Source of the DNA: Macrostomum lignano
Taxonomy: Eukaryota
Assembly (NCBI GenBank): GCA_002269645.1
Contig: NIVC01000924.1
Coordinates: 96,970-160,969 of the forward strand
Direction: 5' to 3'
Length of the DNA: 64,000 nt
Part shown: one piece after another, positions 11,890 to 26,568 of the stretch
How positions within the stretch are numbered: the stretch's first letter is position 1
Layout of the letters: each line of letters starts with the position of its first letter
Program-made: the position numbers and the translations under genes
Notes under the pieces: generated by a model
Seen by the model: the letters and a program-made list of their open reading frames with translations, nothing else
The model's database searches: none
Told to the model about the DNA's origin: nothing

Positions 11890-14800
11890 ATAGATAAATT
11901 CATGTTTTACTAATAACATATACATATAAGAAATTATCAATAAAAGTAATTATCAATAGAAATTATTAGAAATTATTAAGAAATTATCAATAAAAGTACA
12001 AGCACTATATGAGGAAGGGCTCTTGTAATACAATATAAATGCTTTTGTTTCTACATTTTGTTTCTTAGAAAACTCTCTTTCAAATTCGCACAAAAATATG
12101 ATTACTTTGTTTAAATGTTGTGAGTTATGAAAATATTCTCAAGATTTATTTTTGTTAAAAATTGTATCGAATCTTAGTATAAATAGAAGCCCTGGGTGGG
12201 CCAAGAAGACCAACTCATTTGTGTGCTCTAGCAATAGCTAAAACTTGATAAGAAAATTGTTCAAAGTGACTTATTCATTTCTATAGTAAAAACCCCTATA
12301 TTGGGAGAGTTCCAGACCACTAATAGCAAGAAATCGCCTCAGGGCAGTAATTGTAAATTTGCTTCAGGGTAGGAGAACCGCCTCATAGCGAGAGAAGATT
12401 GTCTCAGGGCAGGGAAAGTATAAAGCTATGACCCTCTGATCCTAGGAATGCCAGGACTGAGAGATATAAGAGTAGACAATGCCAATAGACTGCTCAGGCA
12501 AAAGGTACAGTACATTTACAACTGCTACCATTAGATAAGTAGACGCTATCAATATAAGTAGATAAGTAGATGCTACCAATATTAGTAGTACATTTATGAA
12601 AAAGTACATTAAGTAGAGAGACAGAATTAACAGACTTGCAACAACTTTGGTGGCAGCAACACAAGAATAATTAAGAGCCTTGGGACAGCTTTTGGTGGCA
12701 TTTAGTGGGATTAAAATTGATAAAGCAGGAAGGAACACCACTAACACAGCTTGGTATCTTAGCGGTGAGATTCTCAGTATACAGGGAACACCACTAGCAC
12801 ATATAGGAGCTATAGCACAACCTTTGTGGCAGTTTGTGAGATTTCCTAGTGTATAGGAAACATGCCTATAACAACTTGGTGACAGCTATAGAATCATTTA
12901 TAAAGACAGAAGAAAACCTTAGTTACATATATTACAAATACTTTGGTATAAAATATTTTTTTGTAAAAATAAACAAGATAAAGTAGATTTACAAGTATTT
13001 TCAAAAAAAATTATTATAATTATACTATACCATATTCTATGCTATCAAGCTATTCTATAGCAACTTATGCCATTATGCTATATACCTAAATGCACATTGA
13101 TATATCCATTTTTGGCCAAACAAAAATGCATGTATCATTTTTTGGCAGATGTATGCCAGAATTGTCTAGCATGATATATACCTTGTAGAGTATAATATAA
13201 TGATGAAAATAAAAGGAAAAACTGTCTTTTAGTATAGTAGATATAATCTTGAGCTAGTAACTAACTTTGTATACTATCAAATTTAAATATGATAATATCA
13301 TAGTTATCAATATTCACATAGTAACAAATCTTGAACTTTTTAAGATCTTATAACCAAGATTAAGGTTTAAAAAGTGCCAAGATCTTGATGATCAAGATCA
13401 AGATCTTATTTGACTCCTGGGTCGTTCGCAAATTCTAGGAGGAGCAAAAATTTTAACAATTTTCCGAACATTTACTATTGTTACTGCCATATTGAAAATA
13501 ATAGGACACTTTTATCTGTGAATAAAGATAATTTTTGGGTTAAACTTTATCATGCAAAAGTGTTTTTTAATCATCTGGCGGTATTAAGCGATAATTAGCG
13601 ATGAAAAAATTCAAATTCAATCATTTCACCGATGTTAATTTTTGGTACTACAAGATGTCTGTAGCTAAAAAAAAGTTGTTGTTGTGTTGAAACCTTGCTA
13701 TATTACATTTAAAATTAAAGCTTATATAAATTTAATTTAAGATTTTTTTAAAGCTCAATAAACTGCACTATAAATGATTTTATAGACGCTTAACTGTACG
13801 CCTAGCATTTCTGGTGGGATAGCCTCTTTGCGTCTCACAAAATGTATTTTTTCAGCTGACGTCTAGAATGTGCGCTTAAAATGATACATTTTGATGCAGA
13901 TAATTAGAAAAACATGTCTTTTTATCTTTTTGTAAAAAATTGTTATGAAATAGAGCACTATTGTTGATAAAAATAATTAAAAGCAACCATGCATCGCAAT
14001 AAACTCCTACTTTGAAGCACAAAATAAATATCCTGTAACCACACTAGCATTCTCCATGGAGCACCTTTTGAGCTGAAATTTTAAACAGATATTCAGTAAA
14101 GTAAACTGAGCAAATGATTTTTTTTGTTTTTGAAAATACTTCAATTTGGCTATGTATCAGTTAGTACATTGGACATATTTATTATATTTTTATTAAAATC
14201 CTTGTAACCAAGCTACAGAGAAACATGTGCAAAACTGGACCTTGAAATTTGACCTGAATGATCAGCAAATGTGTATCTCGAAATGATTTTTTTTGTTTTC
14301 ATCAAGTCATTCTATGCTAATTTTTTCTGAAGGTAAAGATACCATATATTTAGAGTCAATAGGGGAAGCATTTAGACTTATTCAATAGTCATTAAAATTG
14401 CAACTATATTATTATAATATAGTAATAATATTATACATGTATTATATAGTAATATTAACTTCTAAGATGCCCTTATAAATTTAAGTAAAGACAACAGGCC
14501 TTAATTAATTAATCAGCATTTTGAAGAAACTGACCTTATACAGATGGGCCCCAAGCTAAGAAATGAATGTAGAGCTTATTTCGTGTAAGGTATAAAAATC
14601 AATTTATTAAAATATTAAATACTTCTAATAAATTGGTTAAATTAGTTATTTACCTTGAATTAATTTAATTTTAATAATTAAATATATAAATTTGTTTCAC
14701 TTCTTACTGCATTTAAATAGAGTACCTCTCTACTATACTATAGAAGTATAGTAAAAGTACATGGTAAAAAAGTATAGTAAAAAATTTTCTTTGGTTTAAT

Positions 14801-17362
14801 CCCAGCTTGCCTCAGTTTTTTAGTCTTAATACGAGCTAGATAGTAAGTGTTGATTAATTTGCTCCATCACCTTTTGCCACGGAAACAGCACATGTCGGAC
14901 ATGCAACACTCTTCCTGATCCCTGGATTCAAGATGACTGCTTCTGCTTCTTCAATGCTTGAAAACTGAGCTCATGGAGCTTTAGGTTATGCTGTCAGAGT
15001 GCTGCTGCCGGTGCTGTGTGTGTATGTGTGTGTCTTCTGCGGGTAGGTTCCATGTCCCTCAGTTTAGCCACTGTTGTGGGCTAACTGGAGGAATTGCCGT
15101 TGTCGGTGCTGCAGGTGGCACTGCATGGTAGTATTGACGCTGTCAGTGACGCTGGCAAAGGCTTGGACGAAGCTAGGTGCCGTCATTGTCAGAAGGACAT
15201 GCGTGTGCTGCTTAGACCAGTGCGCACATTCGACTGGACTCGTATCTGGTGCAGTCTGGTGTATTCACTGAGATTGTGTGGATCTGCCTCCTCGCATCAC
15301 CTCAACCAGGCTCAATTTCTTTTGTAGAATTTTCGTGCGCTGCTTAACTGCATCTTGTGCCTGCTGAGTGATGCCAAGAATTGTGCCACACAATAATTTG
15401 GCCCATAAACTACTCATATATTATACATATGTATGCACAGCACACACACACGCAGTTCATTCATATTAAATGTACTAGTTAATGGAATTCTCATCTCATG
15501 AGCTCTAGTCTATGGACAAACCTGAAATTACTAGAATATCTAGATAGATCTAAACTTCTTTGAGCAGCGCGTTGCGCTGCGAGCAAAATACATGTAGATT
15601 CCTTAGCGCAACTAATTAATAGTGTAGTACAGTCTACAGCCTGAAGTAGCCTGTGTAAGATGCGGAGGGATGATTTTTGCATAGGAAGCCACTACGGTAA
15701 GGTTGATGGAACTATGGGGAGGTGAGAGATTCAAAGCGAGGGACGGAAGCCATGCATAGTTCGATCATAAGTTTGATTATTCCATGAGTCTGGGGATGCA
15801 TTAACGAGAGGCGGACGAGAGCTTAGAAATAAAGCGGGCTAAATATATTAATACACAAAATTACATGTACTAGCTAGTAATTTCAGAATGGTCAGCGACT
15901 CCTCCGATTTGTATCCGCGACCGCGTGCCCACAAATCCCCCGGCAGACCCTGTCGCAGTTGGTGGTTGTGCACAGAATACAATGTTAATTTTCGAGCTTC
16001 TCTGCAAAAAATGCGTGATGCACTCAAGATGCGTGCTATAGTCTACTTCTTTGATTGATGGCTGGGTTTTGCCTTTTCGCTTGTGATCATCAAAAGCTTG
16101 GGCGTCATTGCTACTGGTGTTTCAGTGTGCGCATTATGTCTGGTTATCATATTATGTGCATGTGCAGTGTCTTTTACCTACATTTTTGTTTGTCTCTGTT
16201 TCCTGCATGCTCTTTCGCATTTTTACACCTCGCACACCCTCATTTTTCTCAATTAACAAGTGAAATCTTTTTTTAAAGACTAACTGCTATTTTAGTTAAG
16301 CTAGTAGGTTTTTGGTAATTAAATAATTCAATTTTGTCTATTTTCCAAAAAGTTTCAAAAAATGAATTGATTAAAATAAATTTGAATTATTTTAAGTTAA
16401 TTGGAGTAAAATGTCTAATAAGTAACTATAATTTTTTATTTTAAGTACATGCAGCTTTGGTATAAGTATTAATGTAATAAGTACTTAAAGTAAAATCAAG
16501 CAAGTTATAGTTTTCAGAAATTATGCTACAAATAATCAAATATATACTAGAATCCGAATTCCTTTATTAAGGAACATGCAGTTGATATTAAATCCACAAT
16601 GTGCTTTTTGGTGTTCAAGGATAGTTCCCTGACTTTTTCTATTATTAGTTAGATTTTATTATATTTAATGTAAAAATGAACAATTCTATTCACCGTAAAA
16701 ATGAACATTCTTTATTTGTCGAATCATCTTGACTTTGAAAAGATACATAGTGAAAACTTGATTTTTAATTCAACTTTTCAAGACTTATTTAGACTTCTTA
16801 ATTCAGTGATTAGTTAAACTGATCGAAGTCCTTTCGAGTGCATGCTATAATAATTTCGCACTTTTTCGCACACGATAATTTTAAATGTCTGGGATTTAGA
16901 GCAGAGTAACAAAATGCTGTGCTCAAAAACATTTCCTTTGTCAATTTCTTGTTCTTTTATTTTTGCAAAAGAAATTTAACTGCATATTTAAAATAAAAAT
17001 AGAAGAAAATTTTATTTTCTCTTTAATATTTTTGTCGTTTATTTTCCGCAACAAAGAATAACAAATAGCCTTGATTTCTTCTCAATTTCAAGTTTTCTTG
17101 TGGTTTTAGTAGCAGCTTCTTACAGAAATTGTCGAAATAATTTTTTTTGTACGATTATTGGTCGATGTATAAACTTTTTTTGCAATAACAAAAAGTTGTG
17201 ACCTAGCTTTGAGAACGACCCTCCTACCTGACTCTTTATTTGACTCCTAACAAGGTTAGGCTATAGTAACAAGGTTGACAATGCACAAAATAGGCCTAGT
17301 CTAGGCCTAGGGTTTATTATAGCATGGTTTTCTAATTAGTTATAACTATAATAAGCTATATA

Positions 17363-17849
17363 CCATATTGCAGAAGGTTTTCTATGTACGGCGGACACAT
17401 TTTCATTGAATTTTTAATTATACGCCAACAAATTTTAAATGTATGCCAACTAATGTGCGCCAAAAAAACAAAAAAAGAAACTAAATATAACCAGAAGTCA
17501 GAATCAGAACAATGTATTATAATTATAAATGGTTTAATAGTATAAAATCAATGAATATTTAAATTTAAATTTAAATTACAAAAAATTGATAATAAAATGA
17601 CTAATGTCATGACAATTTCAATAATTAAAATGATTAGTAAATGAGAAAATAGTAGCAGAAAAAAAGGTTTTTGAAATAACTTAACACAGAAAAATGCACA
17701 AAAAATTCTTTAATATTAATTTGTACGCTAGTCATGTATGCCACACTGTACACCACTATACACAGACAAGAAATGTACGCCAGTGTATGCCACAGAACTC
17801 AAGTGTACGCCGGAAAATTCCAGCCTATACCCCTCCTTCTGCAATATGG
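17363..17849. mobile_element. MITE-like element related to the one at 11292-11889
   Basis: TIR CCATATTGCAGAAGG…CCTTCTGCAATATGG; shares the GTA(C/T)GCC(G/A)GAAAATTCCAGC motif. Confidence 0.55.
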
Positions 17850-20260
17850 GCTATACAAATTATAATTTATTCTTTAGTTGGTTATTACCATATAGGATAA
17901 AAAAATTGCATTCCAAATTTACTTTTAATTCATTTAATCTTTATAAGCAAAAAATATTTCTTAATTTAATTGATAGGCCTACAACTTAACTTACAATACA
18001 TTTTTGTGTTTAATTTTAAAATATATAGGCCTAGAAATTTCTAGGCCTTCACCTAAGTCTATTTTGTAAATAAACCCTTCTTTGTTTAATAAAATGATCT
18101 ATAAAACTACTAAAGACTAAAGTACAAGGCCTAAGCCTAAGGCTACCTAAAAGGCTAAAATCTGCTTGACACTTTGGGTTAGGGGCCTAGTTAGTAGTTT
18201 TTTAGTTTAGGTCATGATAGGTAGGCCTAATTTCCTAAATGAAATGCTGCTGAATTGCAACTCAAAAAATTATATCTGATGCACACTAAAACTAAGGTAA
18301 AAACTTCACACTGCCTAGAAAATAAAGTGACTTGTAAGACATTAGAAATGTAAGATGTATCGAGCCCTTTGTGTCTATCGACTCGGGAGTCGAGTTGTCA
18401 AAAAAAAAGAATTTTGCAAAAACCTAGCCAGTAGCCTAGCCCGCCAGTCATACCTTAGCCAAGGACCTTGACCTTAGCCTTAAATTTTATTTCAAGATTT
18501 ACTTCTTTTAAAACCATGAAATTCAATACTACTAATACGACTGAGGCGCTGATTTATCACTATTTATTTATTTATTGTTTATCGTACGTACCAGTCACAT
18601 TAATTACAAAGTTGATTATTTGAATAATAGAAAAAAAAATAAAAAACGGTCGAAAAGTTAAAAGTAAATAAATTCTGTCTAAATTATTGAGTTAAAACAA
18701 ATCTTTAAAGTAAAATAAAAAAATGTATCATCAAGCAAAACTTTTGCTCAAAAATGTAAAAAAAAAACCTGACGAAATTATTAATTTTAAAAAATATTTG
18801 CGGTGCACCTATTTTGCCTTGAAGGCACCCGTCCGCCTGTTGGAAAAAATGAACTCAATACTCAAGCGTTATGAAGTATATCCTACACTTTGAACATCTC
18901 CTCAGTCCTCACGTGAACTTTCAACTAGCTATTGAAGCAAAACTTTTTTCTATGTATAAGAGGTTTTTTCTTAAGTTTATTTAGTCTAATCTAAAGTAAT
19001 TAAAGTCTATATTCGCGTCGATAAGCCAAACGTTCTTTACATGCAAGTTATTGTTTAGATTTTTTCCAATTTTCAGTAAAGTGAACATTTTAATCTATTA
19101 GCGAAAAAAGTGCAAAATAATAGCGCGTCAGTCATACAGTTTACACCAAAATAAAGAATGTTACAAAAATTATAACCCTATGGTTAAGTCTATAAGCGTC
19201 TAGGTGGACTTTCTGGCAATGTTCGTTGTTACATGAGCCCGGAGCCGGAGCGGAAAGCGAAGTTTTTCCCCGTAGCGGACGAATAACTAGTGCAATTTTG
19301 AAAACCACCGATCTGTGTATCTTCTTGACAGTTTCTTGTCATCCACATAACTTAATCCCGGATTCGGAACATACTGAAAATCTGTGTGCATATGTAAACT
19401 ATAGTCTCCGTCTGTTTACTTTTAGCAATACATTTTAGTACATGTATATGAGAACCACTACTAATCGATGTCAACATCACCTAAGCGGATTTGAAATGCA
19501 ATACCGAGAATTACGAGCGTATTATCAATTAATCAAACAGCTTATTGCATGCATCAGGAAAATAAGTGTAAAATGTGTTAAAAAAGAACACTTGTAGTTT
19601 AATAATTAAAAGCGATGGGCTGCTATGTCGGCTAGATATTGGTAACACACGGCTGAATTAGTTGATCCCGTTGTATTTGTTAGAATTTGAAAATTGGTTG
19701 TAAAAAATAACACAGAAATATTGATGTTGACAGTTTAGTGAGTAAAAAAGACTACGCACAGTGAATGCAAAGTGCAGGATTTCCATATGTTCGATAGTAT
19801 ATGGTTAAATAAATACCAAATACCAAACCGGCAAAAAAGCTGAGTGTAGTCATGCGACTTGTAAAAACATAAATTAACTTACCAGAAAAGTAGTCTAAAA
19901 TAATAAATAAATAAATACCAAAAGCAAACAACTAATTAGGAACATTAAAATTGTGTAGTGCGTACGATACGACAATTTTTATAAACATATAATGCGTGAG
20001 AGTTATGATATAGTCAGGTAATTAAATAGAAAAAATAAATATTAGTAAAACAATAACAAAAAACCGAGCACGAAAGCTTTAATTTAAGTAATTGTCCGGA
20101 TATTAGAATACGGAGCCAACTTCACAAAAAAATAATAATGCATTTTAGAAACACGCACAGACACAAACTCACGATTGCACAACACTTTTCAATTAAATAA
20201 TCACTTTTTAATATTTGTCCAGTTTTTAACATCAAGTCCGTTATGAGTTTCAGTTCAGTT

Positions 20261-21536
20261 TAGGGGTGTTCGGGGTTCGGGGTCGGGTCGGGTTTCGGGT
20301 CGGGTTTTGGTACCGGGTTCGGGGTTCGGGGTAGGTGTTCCGGGTCGGGTTCGGGGTTCGGGGTAGGGGTACCGGGTTCGGGGTTCGGGTCGGGTTTGGC
20401 CACCGGGTTTTCGGGGTTTTCGGGGTTTTGAACAATTATCATTCTCAAGAATATTTTCAAGCACTTTTTACTCCTTATGCAAAATCCACAATACGAAAGA
20501 TATGCATTGAGTTTCAGGTACAACTTAAGTTATATTTTACATACAATTTGAAACGGAAATAGCAGATAGAACCATGGATTCATTTACACTTTCTGGTAAA
20601 TAACGATTGTAGTTTTTCGACCCATTCAGTCTTGCAGTTGATGATTTAAAAAATTACGTTCAGTAATAATTTTGCATGTGCTACGTGTAACATGGTCTGA
20701 ACTTCTGGATTGGATGAGGAAGCTTAAAATGTATAAATACACTATTATTCTCCACGCATCAGTCGCCAATCAATTATCACAATGATTACCTACTCATATC
20801 AGCATACAATTTTATGTAAAGACGTCACTTTAGTTTTTACATAGCAATTCTGTTATACCACTACTGACTTACTGTTAACTGTAGTCAAAAGTAAAAATAA
20901 ATAAATATTTGTGATTAAGTCTCCTGTTTCATTGTATCATTGTTTTATCTGTGCTATCTCTATCGCTCTAGTTCTATCTCTACTGATATCTACACTACAG
21001 GGTATAATCTAATTTTATTGTACTCTATTTTTGCAGCTTAAATAAGCTCATAGATGTAATATTACTATGAAAGCAATTTCGTTGTAAGTATAGGTACGAA
21101 ATGGTCCTGATTTTAGTTGTGAACTTTCATGTATCTTACTATTAGATCTTGGGTCTTGGTATTCCTTCCATCTCAATCCCAATCCCATTGCAAGAAGTGT
21201 TTCATATTTCTTTTCCTAGTTGTAGAGTAGCTAAGGGAAATAAAACCACAAGGCTAAGTGGTTGAAGCTGTTAAGGCACATCTCAATATATAAAACTGAA
21301 TTTAAAACTGAAATTCAAAACTAAAAACTGAAAAATTGAAAACTGAAAACTGAATTTATTAAAATGATTGACCAAAATAAGCGTGAAAATGTTCGGGGTC
21401 GGGTCGGGTTTTGGTACCGGGTTCGGGGTTCGGGGTTGGAAGAAATGTTCGGGACGGGGTTCGGGGTTCGGGGTAGGGGTACCGGGTTCGGGGTAAACCC
21501 CGAACCCCGAAAAAATGGCCGACCCGAACACCCCTA
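20261..21536. mobile_element. Non-autonomous hAT element (1276 bp)
   Basis: TIR TAGGGGTGTTCGGG; perfect 8-bp TSD GTTCAGTT at 20253-20260 and 21537-21544; GGGTTCGGG subterminal arrays at both ends. Confidence 0.92.
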
Positions 21537-21553
21537 GTTCAGTTCAAACTCTC

Positions 21554-21625
21554 TCAGTTTTTATCCTTCTCAGGCTCTCCCTGCTCGCCAGACTCAGCAG
21601 CCTGTTCCGACTCCGACGTCCATAG
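21554..21625 (-). CDS. 14-3-3: 14-3-3 protein, exon 4 (C-terminus; full protein 265 aa)
   Basis: LWTSESEQAAESGEQGEPEKDKN* after TTCAG acceptor; LT|LWTS is the canonical 14-3-3 junction. Confidence 0.93.
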   Translation of the reverse strand, partial: LWTSESEQAAESGEQGEPEKDKN

Positions 21626-21824
21626 CTGAAGTTTGAAAGTTTTTTATGACATATGGGCAACATGACGAGCGTGCACCCTGACGCACTTTAAGCGACATTG
21701 TCACACAACCGGCGAGAGGCATTACTGCCCATTCGCCGACTCCCCTGAGCAGGCACACAAGCACGCGGATACGTACGCAGTCATACGCACAGGCACACAC
21801 TCACACAGGAGTGTACAGCGGCCC

Positions 21825-22009
21825 TAACTTTATTTATCGTTAGGCATGTACACTTCACTGTGCCTTGGGGGTTGGGCCTCAAGGGCATTAACTGCACGAG
21901 CAGAGTCAAGCCGAGATTCTAATTTAGCCTCAAATTAATGTGACTGCACTTGGAATCGAGCCTGGGCCGCCGGCACACCAGAGCCTGCGCTACCGCTGGG
22001 CTACGGCCC
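21825..22009 (-). mobile_element. tRNA-derived SINE-like element in 14-3-3 intron 3
   Basis: Minus strand GGGCCGTAGCCCAGCGGTAGCGC (A box)…GGCTCGATTCC (B box), with an AATAAA-containing tail. Confidence 0.55.
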
Positions 22010-22084
22010 GTCTGGCAACTGATAAGCTCTGTCCAATGCCAGCATCCTGCAGCAATTATTTTCTATCTGCTTCTGCCCTCCTTC

Positions 22085-22780
<696 letters not shown>

Positions 22781-22837
22781 GCCTACCAATTGATCGACTG
22801 TCCATCAATCTAGAATTATAATACAATCGCCACTCAC

Positions 22838-22933
22838 AGTGAGATTGTCGCGAAGCAGCTGCATAATAAGAGTCGAGTCTTTGTACGAGTCCTCGGCAAG
22901 CTCGTCCAGGGCAGCGATAGCGTCGTCGAATGC
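22838..22933 (-). CDS. 14-3-3: 14-3-3 protein, exon 3
   Basis: [32 protein letters not shown]; AAG acceptor, GTGAGT donor. Confidence 0.96.
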
Positions 22934-23037
22934 CTTGCAGTAGCAGTAAAATTAAAACAAAGGTAACAACCAGATTAAGAATCAGCTGATTAAAAAAGCC
23001 CAGAAGCCAACAGGTAAACAAAGGTAAACAAACCAAC

Positions 23038-23325
23038 CTTTTTAGCCAGCGCGCAAGCAGTTGTTGGCGAATTACGAATCTCGTAGAAGAACACGGAATA
23101 ATTGAGAGCCAGGCCGAGTCGAATTGGGTGAGTAGTAGCCAGTTCGCTCTCAGCGTAGCCAGTGGCGGCTTTGTAAGCCTGCTCAGAGCTGTCAACAACC
23201 GCGTCTCGTTCAACCCCGGAGGCCACCTCGGCTAGGTAGCGAAAATAGTCGCCCTTCATCTTGTAGTAGAACACCTTGGACTCGGGACTGGACGCGTTGG
23301 CAATGAGAAAGTCGTCAAGCAGGGT
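23038..23325 (-). CDS. 14-3-3: 14-3-3 protein, exon 2
   Basis: [34 protein letters not shown]…[19 protein letters not shown]; 288 bp, phase 0 at both ends. Confidence 0.97.
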
Positions 23326-24209
23326 CTGGCGGCGGTTGGTTGAGTTAAAAATTAATGAAAGTAACAGAAAGTAACTAGATCTGATGGATGACTTCGCGCT
23401 AGAGCAATCAATAATAAAAGGACTTGGTAAATAATTAATTTATTAGCATCAGGAAAAGCGAGCCTCAATAGTCAACAAGAAGACTTAAGACCAGGTAACA
23501 AACTGGATACAAGGGAGGTTGAGGTTTACAGCAAACAAGACCATATGGCAATTTATTGAATAATATGATAGCTCATACACTGATAACTCGTACACTGGCT
23601 TTAAACTATTGAAGGTCACAAGGAGCTCAGTTTATTAAATGTTAAGGTCATATGGAGCTGAGTTCACTAAATAAACATGGAGCTAGTGATGGATTGAAAT
23701 TAAATTTTGAAGTCGATATTTGAGCCTTATTTTGAATGGAAATAATTTTGATTTTGGTTTTGAATTTTGGCACTTTTCATTAAGAATCATTTCAAATTTT
23801 TATTTATGTTAAACAAAAAGTTAGTGTTAGGAAAATTCAGATTTCCATCCCCCATTTTGTTAGACTGTACTTGCATGCGTGTCATTATTTTCTAATAATC
23901 TTGATCACCTACAGCATGACTAGGGTGGATTGAAATTAGGAAAGCTAATTACAACATACATATGGCAAGACTGCATTGTTCGCACATTAGGCAACACGCT
24001 AATAGCTAAGCTGCCTCAAACATTCAATAATGAGTGCAATAGGCCAATGGGTTTATGGATGTCTATAGGGTAAGTTGGGCATTTAAATTTGCACTCATCC
24101 AGGAAGCCCATTGGCTGAACTCATCAGGTTTTAATAATTGGCTAAAGACCTAGTCTTAATGAAATTGATCTTTATAGATCTCCAATTTAAACAATGGTAA
24201 ATTTAAACA

Positions 24210-25465
24210 ACAGCAATAAGATTGCATCATAAGGCCAAGATCCCAAGAAAGCCCTTAAATAGTGGCATGATCCTTTATCTTAAGAATCATCACAGTGGTC
24301 TGGAGTCTGTGCTGTGCATCTGCAAACCAAAGACACTAATTGCAAGTGGCAATTGGAAGAAGCTGATAGCACCCGCATGCAGGAATGCAAGTTGCAGCCA
24401 ACACTAGAAGAGTTTTCTGTTTGACAGCAGAAATGGTCAGATGATGACACAAAGACACAAGAATTGACATGCACTATTGGTTTGTCATATTGTATTTCTT
24501 TTAATTATTTTATATACTACATATTTTGAATATGCTTTCTAATTTGATTCTTTTTAACTTTAATAAAATTCAAACTTAAATGCCTTTAATGAAGATGATT
24601 GCAATCAATTTTTAGCCTTTCTTAGTCGTGGAACACCCTGGCTTTCTGCAGCTTATGGCAAAAGCTTTGCCAAAATACAGAGTGCCTGGCCAAATTTTTT
24701 TTGCTGAAAAAGTTATCCTGGACATCTACTGCAAAGTCTGTCAGCATGTACACAAGAGCCACTTGATGAGGCTAAATACATTGCCACTGCCAGTACAAGT
24801 GCTGAATAGATATCCATGAAGAGAAAAAGGTCAGTAGTTAGTTTAATTGCTTACTTTATGATCAACTTCTCAATTCAGAGTGTAGTGTTGCTATGCAATG
24901 CACCTATTGAAAGAGTATCAACTAGTGTAAACATTGCTAAGGCCCTTAATGAAGCCATTGACCAGTTCAATGTATGCCAGAAGATTGTCACCATCACAAC
25001 AGATAAGTGATCAATATCATAAATGTGAATAGCTCTTCAGGAACTGGAAGTTCCAAGGCAGTCTTGTGTCATTCACAAATTGCAAAACTGCATCCAGGAC
25101 AGTATTCTAGATGATGCTAAGACATCACCTGCTTAGCATTCCATTAAAGATGCAATTGGCAAATGTTGTTTAATTGTGTATCACTTTTTTTACTTCTCTA
25201 AAGGCTCATCAAGAGTGGCCAGAGCTCTGCATTGAACTTGGTGCTAAGTCAATGAAGTCCCTCATTTAAGATTTGTAGACATGCTGGGACTCCTAGCTTG
25301 CCATGCTTGAGTTGTTTTGCAACCAAAATCTTGTTGTCTAAATGTGCTAGAAACAGTGCTAGATATTACTTGCTAGTAGCACTTAATCAAGCAGACTAGG
25401 ATCTTATTGATGCTATTATCTATAGCCTGAAGTCTTTCAAGGATATTGCAACTGCCATCTCCAAT
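24210..25465 (+). pseudogene. Decayed hAT (ZBED/Ac-like) transposase in 14-3-3 intron 1
   Basis: BED-like …NSGMILYLKNHH; GFLQLM…PKYRVPG..FF; SLIAYF…SVVLLC…NIAKAL…KIVTITTD; DL*TCWDS*LAMLE (DVxTRWNSTxxML motif). Many stops and frameshifts. Confidence 0.85.
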
Positions 25466-26568
25466 GTTATCTACAAGGGGTGTCCAAAAAGTAGTAGGAA
25501 TTTTCAATGTAGTTCATACCTAGAGTCAGATATATAAATGGCATTGACATTTCATGAAAGCGGCTTTATCTATCTATGCAAAACATTTTGAATTATGTTA
25601 ATATCTACTGGCATTTAAAAGTTATGAGCAATTTAGTGCAGTTCCCAAGGTTATAACTTACAAAAAATGTCTTTGCCTAGGTTTTAAGCTTCACTTTATA
25701 CTTTTGACACACCATGTTTATGTGAAGATGCCAACAGATATGGTAACACATGCCTATGGGCTGAATACCAAAACTATGAATATATGTAGCATAATTATCA
25801 AAGCCAGGCAATGCTAAGCTTTATATGGATAGCACAGCTCAACCAGACATCTTGTCAGCTTGCGCTTCTGAAGCAACCAAGTTTGTACCAACATGTCAAA
25901 TATCCACTCAAAAGAGGGGCAGCACCGTGTCATTTTTACTCTATGGAGCCTTGGACTTAATGGATTGGAGATTTTAAGTAAACTATAACACATCCATCAT
26001 CCATAGACAGCATGTAGTGAGCAAAAGCACGGTTTACTAGTGGATTGAGGATGTTGTCATGCTTTGTTTTTATGACTACCTGTTAAAAGTTTCTATAAGT
26101 TATACCCTAGAGAACTGCACTAAATTGCTCACAACTCTTGAATGCCTTCTATACACTACTTTGCATCTTGGACTCTGGCTTACTATAATAGAACTAGGAT
26201 TTACCTAGTCATGATCATTATTATAAACAAAGAGATTAATTAGGCATTTATTTATTTAGGCAAATCATACATGTACAACCCCCTGATTTACACTGGCCAT
26301 GCAATTTACTTTTTGACCAAAAATGCAACTTACCTATGAAAGAAACCCTGAAGCAAATTATGTTACCCTTGCCACTGTGTTGGTGGTAAGGGCGTTTAAA
26401 CTGCAAGGGGAGGGGCTCGCTTGGCTGGGGCGGGTGCGTGCAGGGTGGCGTGTGCTGCGGGGGGCGGGGGGTCGCGGGGGTGCTAGCTTGATTTCTATTT
26501 AGTCCGGTCCTTTGCTTGTTCGCCGTGCGTTCGTGTTTGCTCAGATTTTTTTCTCAGCCACAATCAAT

